A DNA stretch of 64,000 bases from Octopus vulgaris (Eukaryota). Location: assembly GCA_951406725.2 (NCBI GenBank), contig OX597814.1, forward strand, positions 163,184,001 to 163,248,000, given 5' to 3'. Positions 25,682-39,900 of this stretch are shown one piece after another. Below the pieces are notes generated by a model. That model saw only the letters and a list, made by a program, of their open reading frames with translations. It was not told the DNA's origin and made no database searches. Position numbers and translations under genes: made by a program. Numbering within the stretch: the stretch's first letter is position 1; every line of letters starts with the position of its first letter.

Positions 25682-26687
25682 GTAAGTATATTTAACTATT
25701 GTAATTCTGGCAGCAAACATTGCATAGCATATACCGATACGAAAAACCAACGTTCAGTATTTTTAGCTTTTACGTTGCTTAAAAATTTGCTCACCTTTCT
25801 ACAAACATAGCATTTATCTATAAACAACATTCGCAATTGATACTATATGATAATGACTATTTATTAAATTGTAAACTATTTATCTCATGTAAAATACTGC
25901 AAAATCCATGAAGATTTCCGGTCTTTCTCAAAATGGAAAAAAAAATGCATAAAAATCTTAAAATTATTTTAACGGTGAAAAGTCACTTTGTAAAGATAAA
26001 ATCTATTGATGTATCTACTAATGTTAGATGTTGGATGTTATATGAATAGTGAATCCTTTATTCCATTAGGCCATAGGAACATCAAAGATCCTCTACGCGA
26101 TCGCTCGACTTGTAAGAAATAGTAGCCAGATCACCCCAACAGCACACCTTTCGAAACATTCGTGATGTACGAAACAGTAAGGTCATGGATGGAATGCTTT
26201 GCTTATAGGTCTGCTCAGTGTGACCTGGAGCTAAACAGTAACAAGTTCAAGAACAACACCCACAGTCTTTCTGGGCTACATTACCTGCCTTTTAAGAACC
26301 TTCCCTCTTCAAGATACCTTAATAGATTAGCCGAACTCTGTGCTGCAAGCAAACAAGCCACTTGTCAATTTTATAGTGCTAACTTTGAAGCAGTCAGTAG
26401 CCCCTAATCTGTGCGATCTATCAACAGCTAGTTTTAAAGTGCTTTAACCACGGGCACAACAATGTGCCTTTAATAGGATGCAAACCAGAGGCTTGTCGGT
26501 TAGTCATTCTATATGTTTATCTATCTGTTCGGTCAACCACTGCCTTCTCGTCTCACTTTTCGAATGATGACGCTAAAGAAAAGATGGAAATAAGTAACAA
26601 ACATCGTTGCTGTTGTTTAGGCTTAAGTTAGCCCTATGATCAATGTTCCATTCCGCCCTTTATTCACTGTGTTATCTAGAATTATAT

Positions 26688-26960
26688 GAGGGCGCGTGGC
26701 CTAGAGGTCGCGATGTTGTACGCGAGATCATGGGTTCGATTCTCGAATCAGGTGTGTTGTATTTTTGAACAAAGCACTTCATTATATGTTGCTCTGCAAT
26801 CATTTCGACATCTGACGTGTGACACGCCTATACAGGCAATGTCGATTTGAAGAACAGAGTGAACTTATGTGCAACACTAAAGTTTAATCACTATAAACAA
26901 ATCATTTGTGTGCAGGTTGTTCAGCAAAAAATTGCAGAACCATCTTTCTCGTATTCGGTG
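26688..26960 (+). mobile_element. SINE family 2-related, diverged
   Basis: GGCGCGTGGCCTAG head and GGTTCGATTCTC B-box. Confidence 0.6.
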
Positions 26961-28908
26961 GCCTACCATATTTAGACTTACACTATTCGTTGTATCTATT
27001 TTTTCTAAATGTTATGGACATGTATGGTGGTAGATTTGGCTATTATTTCTGGTAGGTTGAAGAACGTATTTGCAGTTTGTTTGACCCAAGTGAACCTGAA
27101 AATCATTTTAATGGTCCAGCGTTTAACTTCCATATATACTTCAAATTAATCTTGTATTCCACACTGATTCTTAAAATAATGAACACAGTTGCCTCGAAGA
27201 GATTAAAGAAAACTTTTATCTATTGAACACTATAAATGCTTAATCTAAAGTTATCCCGCATTACTGGGAAAAATTAGTATCAAATATTAGGCTTATTAGT
27301 TTCTTGCTGATATTCTGATTAACGAATTATCATCGGGGATTAAAAGAAATTTTACTTGTTAATCTACTAACATTTACTTACATATTTACACATTATGGAT
27401 GTGTCTGTGTGTATGTGTGTGTGCGCGCGCGCTGTATTTGTATACGTGTAAAGATTTTGGATTATATGCAGATTTTCGACTCTAATCCTAGCATTAATGC
27501 TGTATTAGTGAAATTCATATAGAGTGACTGTTCTGATCGAATTCAAACAACGTGAGCATTGATATTACATAAAAAGAAAACCTTCAGTTCACATTTATAT
27601 GTGGAAGGCTTTATAATGTTTATGTTTTAGTAATATTAATAAAGTGAAATTGTTATAAATAGATTGTAGAAAAGTTTAGTCATTGATTGCTGGTTTAACA
27701 CTACGTTGTGGTCCTTAGGTATTTTTGACAGTCTTTCCTCTATTGCAGACAATTGGGCTGTGTATCTGGCCCGAGGATATCTTCCTCCAACCACTAAGAC
27801 CCCGAAAAGGGCAATGGGCGCTGCTTTCCCTCCTTTGATTAAACCATAAAATAACGTGTTGAAAAATATCAGATTGGCATAACTTATGTTTATCTTACAA
27901 CTGAAGTGGTAAATACGAGGTGTAGATGAAGTATAACTGTTCTGACTGGGAATAAAACTAAGCTATCACTCATAATAATAGCCTTGCACGAAGTCCAGTG
28001 AGTCATTAATCTTAAATGCCAATTAGTTTAATGCACTTTAGGATAGCAGTCCCTATCGTGTGGGTCATAAAAGTAGCATCTTTTTGTGCGGTCACTTATA
28101 TACGAATGGCTCGTATATAAGTAACTGTTATAAGGTACTTTATGTTTAAGGAAAGGACGGTCAACCCCCATGCTGCGACATTGCATCAGAACCCATATTG
28201 GGTCGCAGTAATATTCTGAAAAGATCAACACAATCTTACTTTTGAAATATTTGGTAAGATCTAAAATGTAAAGGAATATATTACACATTAAGTCATAGAT
28301 GCGAGGGCTGCAACACAATGACAGTTACTGTAATAAGCAAAAACTAAGGAATATTTCACTAAGAAAAGTATCAAATGTTAATGTACTAAACTTCTGCTAA
28401 CGTATTAAACTTCTGAAATCACAGAGTTAATCGGAGACATATGTTGAGAGCGAGACAATTACATCGTGGAAAAGCCATTTCCGCGATTTATGATACAAAA
28501 GTTATTAAATTTTCTGTCAATTTATTTCTTAGAATATTAATAGTGTTATAAAACAGACCTAGTAGCAATTCTGCAACGAAGTCTGACACCTCAAGAAATA
28601 ATTTTAAAATGAATTTAATAGTTGTTTTAATGCTACTAATTGTAATTAATATAATATAATTAACAAACCTGTCCTCTTCTTGACTATATTATTTTCCTGG
28701 AAGTTGCAGCGCATTGAAGTTAAAAGAGCTTGTCTTTGTTTGAGGGCTGAATGACTATTATTGCTATTGGGTACCATAACAATCTTTATAGATTTTGCGC
28801 TGGAATTATTTGAATTCATTAATACCAAACAACGAAGTAATTTTGTTTAGAATAATAAACGACACCTAGTTTACAACCAGGTGGATTGAGCCTACGCGAG
28901 TTAAGTAA

Positions 28909-28966
<58 letters not shown>

Positions 28967-29621
28967 TGCTGCTGCTGCTGTTTAGCCTCAGGTCAACTCT
29001 GATTAAGTTGATCTATTAAAGGCATTCTATAGCGCGTTATGTAAGGGACATTTGGTTGCTACTTCTAGCAGATAGAGCGATCATTCGATTGTGACTCTCG
29101 AAGCTGTATCTTCTATTCATGGCAATTTTAAACTATTAAGGCGCAGCTACCTAATGTTAGCATATTTACTGAGGTGAGCATAATATATATTAAGAATAAG
29201 ATACGAGTTCAATCAATTTATATTCTTTTAATGATTTCGGAAAATACGGGAGACAAAACTGAACATATTTCGTTCTTATTAGCATCTTCAGAAAAGCATA
29301 TACTTCACCATATCTGTCGAAGTAGTAATGAGGGAATCACCAAGTAGATAAAGCCTAATTGGTGTCAAAGAAATTAACATATTTACACAGATTTATCACC
29401 GAGAGAAGTTATTCGAAGACGTCATTTGCCTCTTTTATTTTTTGCTTATTTCAATCATTGGACGGCGGCCAAGTTAGGGCACCACCTTGAAGGGTTTTAT
29501 TCGACCATATTGATCCCAGTACTTATTCCTGTAAATCTGCTCCTTATTCTAGCGTGTATAACAAAACTAATCAAATGTAATTACGCAATGAAGTAAAGAA
29601 AACATTTGAGTGATTTCTGTT

Positions 29622-29792
<171 letters not shown>

Positions 29793-31108
29793 CATTTTTC
29801 ACACCTACTTTTGTGTACCTTCTTAGAAATTATCTTATCACTGCTTCGGCAAGTAAAGTTTATTATGTGACATGAGGACGTTTAATAAGACTGAATCAAG
29901 ACTTGAATTATCTCCCGTGTTTGCCGAAATAATGAAAACAATATATGTCGTCGTACTAATGTTGTCTTTTCCTCTTTGCATAATTATTTTCAATTAGCTT
30001 TTTGATATTAACTGCATTAAATATGATAACATTAATTGGACTGTTGCTTTTTAAATTGATGGCATTTCTAAATACTTTCTGTCAGTGATTTATTCGTAAT
30101 AGTCAAATTGCTCGAACGTATCTCTGGCGTTTTTGGGCTGGTAACTTGACCATGATTTTGTTAACAGAAAACAGAAAAAGATAATGCCCACCACAGAGTG
30201 TCTTATATATTCATCCTATCATGCAAACTATGGCGAAGTTCGACCTGTTAGAAATAGCTCCAAAATATACATCAAATTACTCCCTGTGGTCTTAAAAAAA
30301 GACTCTGAAACTAATATAGACCGGTATTCACCATATTTAAAGTTAGAAAGAGGTAGTATGATTATGACTGAACTGTTTTTTAACACAGGTCTGCTTGATC
30401 AGGCCGACAGGGCACTAACAACAACTAGAGTCAAATTATAAGACTAAAATGAGGTAAAAGAAACAGAAAACAGAAAAATATTACCCAGCTATGGGCAAAT
30501 GCAGTTTGAAAGACTTTCTAAACGGTTGATCAAACGAAAAATTGCCTTGAAATCTTTTTAGTAACTCTGCTCACCTGACGATGAATCGGGTCTCATACGG
30601 CTTGTTTTTCGAAAAAGGTTGATATAACCTATAATCGTCGACAAAGTGTCTTTCTGAAAAAAAAAAATCCCAATTTTTTCTTTTCCTTCTTTCTTTGTTT
30701 TTTTCTTCCTTTTTTTTTTCTCATTTGATTTTACAAATTTGCTGCTAATGAGATTCATTTAAGTTTAACAGTAACATGAGGCAACCAAATTCCTCTTACA
30801 TAAATGAACTTCAGTAGTTACTCTCAACGATAAAGCTTTCAGTGCTCTTCAATGTTGATACCCAGCTGGCAGATGATGATAGAAGATCCCTAGTTATGTT
30901 AAATATGTTTTCGTTTTCCACGTTAAGGTCTCTGATCGTTGTTACTGTCCTGTTGGATTAGTTTTATTAAATGAGGATAGTACAGGGTCTTAGGTTATTT
31001 GGTTTCGTGATAGAATTTGTCATAAGGGTTAGATGTAAATTTTGTAGAAATATACTGTTTTGTAATAATTAATGTTTAATGAGTTCGTAAATCCTTTATA
31101 AGATGGAT

Positions 31109-31181
<73 letters not shown>

Positions 31182-31319
31182 TATACACACACAGAGTACA
31201 ATGATTAACTTTCTTCACCATTTCTTTAATTGTTTTTCGTGTTTCGGTAGTGTCTTAGCTCTAATTTCAACATTTCAATCATCTTCCAAGGCTGTGTGTA
31301 ATCAAAGTAACTCGAGATT

Positions 31320-31520
31320 CCAACAACAATTAACAATCTTAAAAGCTCAGGTGAGACCTACAATCGGAAACTACTCCCAAATCTGGGGCGATATACCTGC
31401 TTCATATACAAGCATACGAGCCCTCATCCCATATAAGTCGGCCACCTAACTAAATAGTACGTAGTCGCCAGCCAACACGCTTCCAACCTTTTTCTCCCGC
31501 AGCCGCCAACATTCACAACA
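31320..31520 (+). mobile_element. CR1/L2/Jockey-group LINE remnant (post-RT region)
   Basis: LTILKAQVRPTIGNYSQIWG resembles the LINE motif LYKAQVRP.MEYCS.IW. Confidence 0.6.
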
Positions 31521-32369
31521 TCGATTGGAGGGCTTATGAAGGCCATGAACACCATGAAGGCCATACAAGGGGGGTTTGTGTAGGCTATGAACACAACTCT
31601 TCCTCCAGATATAAATCCGATTGCGGTTTCTAGTTCAGGCCACTCCAGTCATGTTAACAGTGCCTTAGTAAAAGCATAAACGCCACACAATTCCAGTTCT
31701 TCTACCTTATAAAACTGAGGCATATATACCAATGTAAGAATTTGCTAATTGTATTGTATGCAATATGTATTAACCGCGTGGGTACAAGCATGGTCAAGGA
31801 AGTTAAAAATTTGACTAGTGACTATTATATCGTATGTCATAAATATTTTATTGCGTGGATGCAGGCATGGTTGAAAAACTAAGAAATTCGTTTTGCAATC
31901 ATGAAATCTCGGATTCGATACTGAATAGAGGACATCTTTTACTATAGTCTCTTTTCGATCCAAGCATTCTGAGTAAAAGTGAGAGGAAGAAAACTGTGGC
32001 AGCCCACGAGTATGAGTCGTTGACGTGTATTATACGCCTGCTGTGTATTGAGGACACTATAACGGAAGTCTTCCCAATTAAGCGTGAGTGCTCCAGCTGC
32101 CTCGCCACTCTTGCCCAACCAGCTTGTCCATCTATTGCGTCCTTTGCCCTTCTCTTGATCTACTACTCTCTACTCTTCCATCCATAAAAATGTTTTCCAG
32201 CCTTCTGCTTCTTTGAATATGGTCATAATAGATTAGTATATATGTCTCATGAAGGAACTTTATCCTTTTTTACGCTGTTATTTAAGAGTTATATAAAATA
32301 TTGAGATCTGAAGGAATTACGGATTTTTAAAAAACTAAATATGATTCTTTTCCTTGTTATTTTCAGAAT

Positions 32370-32429
32370 ATGAGTCTCAGAGAACAGCATGGCGCTGAAA
32401 AACTCATTGACGAGTACACCCCACCAGAG
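32370..32429 (+). CDS. RALBP: RALBP coding exon 1 (exon starts 32367; [20 protein letters not shown])
   Basis: Acceptor ttattttcag ends at 32366, ATG at 32370, donor gtaaga at 32430. Confidence 0.88.
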
Positions 32430-33941
32430 GTAAGAGTGTTTAAATATTTAAATGTCAAAGACTAGTTGTTGTGGATAAGGTCACATTGATACGATTCTGT
32501 CTAAGATGGCGAGCTGCCGGAAACGTTAGCCCGTCGGCCAAAATGTTTTTGGGTATTTCTTCTGACTTGTTACGTTCCGAGTTCATTTTCATCAAAGTCG
32601 ACTTGCTTTCATTTCTCCAGGGTCGATAAAATAAGGACAGGGATCGATGTAATCGATTAACCCCACTACCGTCAAAATCGCTGGCCTTGTGCCAAAGTTA
32701 GAAACGATATAATATGTGCTATGTACATATCCAGTTATAAGACACCTGATGATGGAAGAAGAAAACCGATCAAAACTTAATGGAGAACAAGACAAACATT
32801 ATTGATTTCTAACATGGGACAAAAAACTACAAATTTGTGATAAAGGTGTGATTAATAGTATCGACCCATTATTGAATGGTTGTTTATTTCAACAGGATTT
32901 GGAATGACGCAAGTCGAGATGGACAACGGTGGAGATTTGAACTTGGAACGATAATAGAAACAAATAAATATTTCAAGGCGTTTTGGTCACCGCTTTATCG
33001 AGTCTACCCAATGCATTTTCTCCTCCTCTCTACTGGTTTTACTAATATACCGTCTTCCAAGAGGTTTTATCTACTGCTCTGCCGATTCTACGAATACACT
33101 CTAGCCAATGCTCTACCAATTTTGCCTAACCACCGGCATTGGTAGATTTAAGCATTCAAAAAATAGTTTACAACTCCAAAGTTTACATCGAAATCTACTG
33201 AGTGTTTGTTCGTGTCACCTTAACTATTACGTGTCCCAGACAGTGGACATGTTGGGGCACTGCCTTGAAGAACGAATCAATCCCAGTACTTTTTTTAAGC
33301 CTGGTACTTATTCCATCGATCTCTTTTGAAGAACCGCTAGGTTAAGAGTGCGTAAACACACCAACACAGGTTGTTAGGTGGTAGTGGGACACAGACACAG
33401 ACACAAAGGCGTGTGCGCGCATATATATAACGGACCTCATTCAGTTTCCGTTTTCCATCCTCTCACAAGGTTTTGGTTGGCCCGGGGCTATAGTAGAAGA
33501 CACTTGCCCAAGGTGTCACACAGTGGGACTGAACCCGGAACCATGTGGTTGGAAAGCAAGCTTCTTACCACACAGCCATGCCTACGTCTATAATGTTCCC
33601 ATGTTTTTTTCTCTAAATGTCTCCATACATCATTCAAATATATCCGTTCATCGTACTTTTCTATATAATTGTTTCATTGAATTGCATTCATATTATTTAT
33701 AAGACGTATATACACGTAAAACTCTTGACACGGTCATGCATTCACTCACGTTACATAAATGTTGATTTACAGCCTACTCCCCCGGGATAAATGACTAAGT
33801 AAGTAAATAAAAAAGAAAGTTGGTTCTAACAGGATTTGAATTTCATATTAATAGTTAATATGGCTTTGTAGAGAATTGTAAGTTCAACGAAAATAAATTT
33901 AAAGAAGATACAAATGAGAATGGTTAACTATACGCACACGC

Positions 33942-33981
<40 letters not shown>

Positions 33982-36900
33982 CGTATTAACTCGTGTATAA
34001 GTCGCACTATTTTATGCTTATTTTTAACAGGAAAATCTAGGGTGCGGCTTACAGACGAGTAAATACGACGTGTGTGTACGCGCGCGCGTATGTAATGTGT
34101 TTTTTGTAAATTGTGAGGAAGAATCGTACTGGGGGAAAATATTGATTTCAAATTTTGGCACAAGGCCAGAAATTTCGTGGGGGCGGGTTAAGTAGGTTAT
34201 ATCGACCCCGAAAGGACGAAAAACAAAGTCGACCTCGGTGGAATTTGAAATCAGAACGTAAAGACAGACGAAATGCCGCGAAGCATTTTGCCCGGCGTGC
34301 TAACGATTCTTATTTCTTTGTTGCCCACAAGGGGCTAAACGTAGAGGGGACAAACAAGGACAGACAAAAGGATTATGTCGATTACATCGCCCCCAGTGCG
34401 TAACTGGTACTTATTTAATCGACCCCGAAAGGATGAAAGGCAAAGTCGACCTCGGCGGAATTTGGAACTCAGAATGTAGCGGCAGACGAAATGCTGCTAA
34501 GCATTTTGCCCGGCGTGCTAACGTTTCTGCCAGCTCATCACCTTAATTGGTGGGAAAATATTGACCCCGTGAAGAGGCTGTATATTTGAGTTACTAGTAA
34601 AAGATGACCTGATGTCCTCAGGAGAGTTCTGATGTGAGATCATCCGAAACCTTGCGAACTGCAATCATAATCGTCGTGTTGGTTGTGGTTCGGTATGTTG
34701 TTATCTAGATTAACTATAAAAATTGTGTCTGAGCGGATAATTTCATAGCTGTCCTACTGTCCTGCTGTCCTCCATAGCTTCTATTATCCATCACAGTTAT
34801 TTCATATACTTGAAATTTCCTCTTCTGCCCCACCGCTCCTATTTCTGCTGTGACTACTACTGCTATGATGACTATCAGAAAATCTTGTGGTTGCTGGTAC
34901 AGTTGCTATCTTGACTGCTACACTGAGATGTAGTATAGCTTTACTAGGATGGGCTATATTTTCGACAACGCCTGTATACAGTACCAGTTGCAAATGTAGC
35001 ATTTACTCTCAGTAGCTGAATGGTTAGAAATGATAATGACCTAAGTTCGTTTTGGCTCCATGTTCATTGAGGAGATGAATGGAATAGTGTACAAGCTGAT
35101 TGGGCCAAAAAATGATGACGTAGGCTGCTGTGGCTGCTGCTTATTGCAGTTGCCATAGAAACTGCTATTGCTGTCAACGAAAAAAGTGCACGGGTTATTG
35201 CTCCAAAATGTGATTACGTAAGCTTGGTCGTTGACAAAATAGGCGAACTCGTGGATTAGTAGAGAAAACGATGTCACTGTGCAGCGCTGGCGTCACTTGG
35301 ACTATGCTGGCGTTATCGAACTAAATCGGTATGCTACGATCAAACTGACATGAGATATCCGTCACAATTTTACTTAGAGTTGAGCACTAGCGAGTCGAAT
35401 CCGACACCTCATTTCGATTTCAAGATGAGTCGATTCTCCGTGCATCTGTTAGTAACGTTCTCTGAAAATACATAAATGTTACAAAGCTAAAAATCAAAGT
35501 TATCTGGTGTAGGGATAAGTTTATGAATTCGTTGGTCACAAACTTACAACACAAAACAGCGTGACGCCGTAAATAAGGGAGTTAATTGTTTCAAACAATT
35601 TCTTTTTAATCCCTTAACAAAGCAATGAAAGCTTGCCTGGCCGAATTGATAACGTATTGGAAAATCAATTGAGCGGTCGATGGGCTGCCTCGTAACATCA
35701 TTGCTATGTTAATTCCAATACTAAAAACGTATTTCTCAAATGGCATTTTCCACTTCGCGATAAACAGGTGGGGGCGCAGTTAAAAGACAAGTGGTTGCTT
35801 CCTACAGTAACAATGCTGTAACATGGATGAAATTTTCGGTAGCTTACGGCTCTGAGTATAATTGATCCTACTGTATATGATTCGATGAAAGATGATTCTG
35901 CCAAACTAAAATGTCCTAAACATCCTACACGAAGCTTAGATTTTCATCGGTAGACATACGACTTAATTGTCCTGTAAAGTTACTGACACCTTTGGGCAAT
36001 TATGAGTTTTCTATGAACTGAATTCTTAGTTGAAGACAGTTCTTTTCTCTTATTATACAAATACTTTTGAAAATGTATAAATATCATATACAATCTTAAT
36101 TCCTCAATTTGAGGGTCGGTGTTTAAATTAAAGAAAAAATGTTTTTTCGATCTCAATAATTTCAAGCTTTTTTCCTGTTTTGTAGGTCATCCAGAAATAC
36201 ATGACTGGAGGAGATATTGGACACGATAAAGAAGGTGCAGTCGTCCGAATTGAGCCATGGGGCTACTTAGATATGAAAGGAATCATGTATTCATGCAAAA
36301 AATCAGATTTGGAAAAGAGCAAGCTGCTTCAGTGTGAAAAACATCTAAAAGACCTGGAAGGTGAAACTGAAAAGGTAGAACTGCTGATATTTTTTGTATT
36401 TAACACATAAATCTATTAAGATATTAATTTAGTACTTAATTAAACACAATAAGGTTTTACCAATACTTATACAGGAATTTGTAAAATTATTGTAACAAGA
36501 GTTTTTACTAGATGGGAAATTACATTGCCAGAGAACTGGTTTATAAAAGAGAACAGAGTCCAAGTAACTGGCAGTAGTTTGTGTCGGCAAAAAATTGTTC
36601 AGAGAATTCCTTGGATTTCAATAATTTTGTATGCTGTGTGGAGAGGCAGACTTTGACATCTGAGAGAGAAATATTTTCTCGATTGTATCGAGTGTAGGAC
36701 TTGTACCTACACTTAGTATAGTAGGACTGGTGAATATGTTCAGTACTAGCATTTAAATATAGCAGCCCTGCTAACATGTCCACTAATTGAAATTAAATGT
36801 AATAGGACAACTAATAAGTCCAGCATCTACATTTGAATATAGTAGGACTACTCAGAAGAGCTAAGACAACTTACATTTCCAGAACCTACATCTAACCCTA

Positions 36901-39900
36901 ACCTTATTTAAAGGGAATGCAGATAACTCCTGAGATGTCCAGTACTTACACTTAACTACAACCGGACTCATAGTATGTCGTATACCTAATACGGTAGGAT
37001 TACTTACATTCTTAGTTCCTACATTTAACTGTAACCCTGCATTTAAAGAGAACGCAGTAGGACTCCTGATATACCTAATAAATAAAATAAATGCGCCCTT
37101 TTAAAGCCTAGCCAGACTCATGGGCCCAGTTTCCCGGTTTCAATGGCGTATGTGTTCCCCAGTTGGATGGGACGCCAGTCCATCGCAGCGTTACTCATTT
37201 TTGTCAGCTGAGTGGACTGGAGCAACGTGAAATGAAGCGGTTTGTTCAAGAACACAACGAAGGAATTGAAACCACAATCTGACGATCATGATGCTGACAC
37301 CCTAACCACTAAGCCACGCGCCTCCACGATATACCTAATACTTACACTAAACAACAGTACTCAGAGTATGATGCATGCTCACTGTCTACAATGGAATGCA
37401 TTACGACTACTTGGAAATTTGTTTTCTTCTCTCAGTCCCTAAAGGTCAGATTTCATTTCCCTCACGGCACTAATTCATAGATAACGGGATCAAATCCAAT
37501 ATTGTCTCCTGCCGCAAACCGTATTGTTTTAATTTAAAATAAACAGTATTACCATTTGGATATAAAATGGTCGGCAGAAAAAGGAATAGAATAATACCTT
37601 CTATAAGATATATGGGCGATGAGAGATTAATCTTTCTTGCCTATAAATTAAAGACGTGTCGTATCTAATGGGAAAATAAAATTAAAACAGTAATCTGTAA
37701 TTTTGTCTGGGCCTGGGTTTTGATATTTTCCTCATTAGTAGGAAATATATTGTGCTCTACTAAATTATGGTTATTGTTGTTGTTCAACCCTAGATCAACT
37801 ATATTGACTGAGAAGACTTATTCCACCCGTCACTATATCGTAATTTTGCAAATGTCTCCAGTCTTATATAGGACCTATGGATACGATTTAAAGCCTATTT
37901 GGCAGCTATTTCTAGCAGGCCGAGTTAGTACACAGAGGCTCTTTTACTGTTGCTGTTGTTATTTAACCCTAGTTCAACCCTAATCGAGCAGAAATGCTAA
38001 AGATGTTCCAGTCATGACCACCTCCTTTTTTTCTTATGCACAAGGAACTTAGGACTACGGTGGATAACGTGTTTATTTCTACCAACTCGGGAGACCATTT
38101 CCTAGGAACTCGGTTGTTTCATTTCATGGTGTACGTTAGTATTTTATTTCGAATGTTTTATAGAAGTCAGTGGACGGAGAAGTGAAAGAAATGCTTGAAT
38201 ATTTTAAACTTAAAAGTAATTTGTTCTGTTCTGACTCAAATGTCCCAAACCGATTATCTTGCTTCTTCGAAGAAATGTTAACAGCATTTAATATAAACGT
38301 TTGTTTTTTTTGCAGCTTGGGAAACCCTGCGCAGGACTGACTGTTGTGTTCGATATGCAGAATGTAGGATCTAAACACATGTGGAAACCAGGTAAGTCAG
38401 TCGCAAATTATTCTCAAATGTACTAATATAAACTTATAAATTATTCTAATATAAGCTAATATTTTGCCTAATGTAGGCGCAGTGTGGCCAACTAGTTAAG
38501 AATTTCGTTCCGCAAACACGAAATTCCGGGTTCGATCCCACGGTGCGGCATCTTAGGTAAATGTTTTGTATAGCATCGCGTCTGCTCACTCATTATGAAT
38601 GAGACTGGATAGACGGAAACTGTAAAGAAACCCGTCGAAAGAACACTACCTCTAATCCAAACGTACAGTGACGCTGATACCGCTTAAGAATTGCGTTAAC
38701 AACACGTCTGTGTAATGCTTAGCCATTTGCACGTCAATTCAATGGACATATTGATAATCCGGTTGATGGAATCTTTGTCAGAACCATCCGTCCGTCCATC
38801 CATTCTGCTTTATACCCGTTTATTTTCAAGCTAACATTGATTCATTATTACTTAATAGAAGGCGGCGAGCTGGCAGAACCGTTAAGACGCCAAACAAAAT
38901 ACTTAGCGGCATTTCGTCAATCTTTACGTTCTGAGTTCAAATCAGGTCACAAACAAGTGAACATTTATAAATTGAGATCATTAAAAAAAATACCACACTG
39001 GGATCAGGATATAAATTACTAAAAGCCTTGACGGCAGGTCTTCAGTCGGCATGGCTGCATTCTAATGACTAATATGAATAAAAGGAAGGAAAAAAATTAG
39101 AAATCATTATTTCTAATTCTCTCTAAAGGAGACTACGGCAGCGGTACTGAATATTAATAGTTATCGCCAAGCTAACATGGCAGTCTTTTAGAGAGAATTA
39201 GAAATAATGATATTTCTATTTTTGAAAACCAGTGGATGTATTCCACTGAATTTAGGTAAATAATCCTTCAAACAGTCGGTCAGCAGCGATGCCTGCTGGA
39301 TTCGGCTGCAAACACCTCGAAACTAGTCTGTAGATGCCAGACCAGCAAGGGGAAGCTGCTGACCTCCCCTGTTCGAAGGTTATAATGGACACAAGTTTGT
39401 GTGTCACATAGCTAGCTAGAGGCGATGGCCTCTTGGAGCTAATCAACGGCAGCATTCGTCCTATTTTTCTGGACTGCCATGTTAGCTTGACGATAACCGT
39501 GAAAAAAATATTCTTTAGAAAATGTACAGACTGTTTCTAGATTGTCCTCTGATATATAGTTCTGAATGTAATATATTAGAATAGATTTTTTTAAATAGCT
39601 CTATAGTTATATACAATTTAATTATAGCAATGTAAATAAATTTATGTAGCTGTGGTCATGAGGAAAATTCTACGTGGCTACTTGGTCCGTAAAAATAAAC
39701 AGCAACATCTTCCTCAAATGAGAGCTTGTTCATGCTTAACCCTGTTCAACTGAGCTACTTAGAGATAAAACAACTGGTATTCGGTGCCATCTTAAGACAT
39801 GGGTACACTGGGTTGTTACTCGAGAGGTCTCATGGGTCTAGGAACCCGATTCTGATCTATGTATGCTGTGGTTTGCTGAAATGCTAAGCGTTATTTCTTC

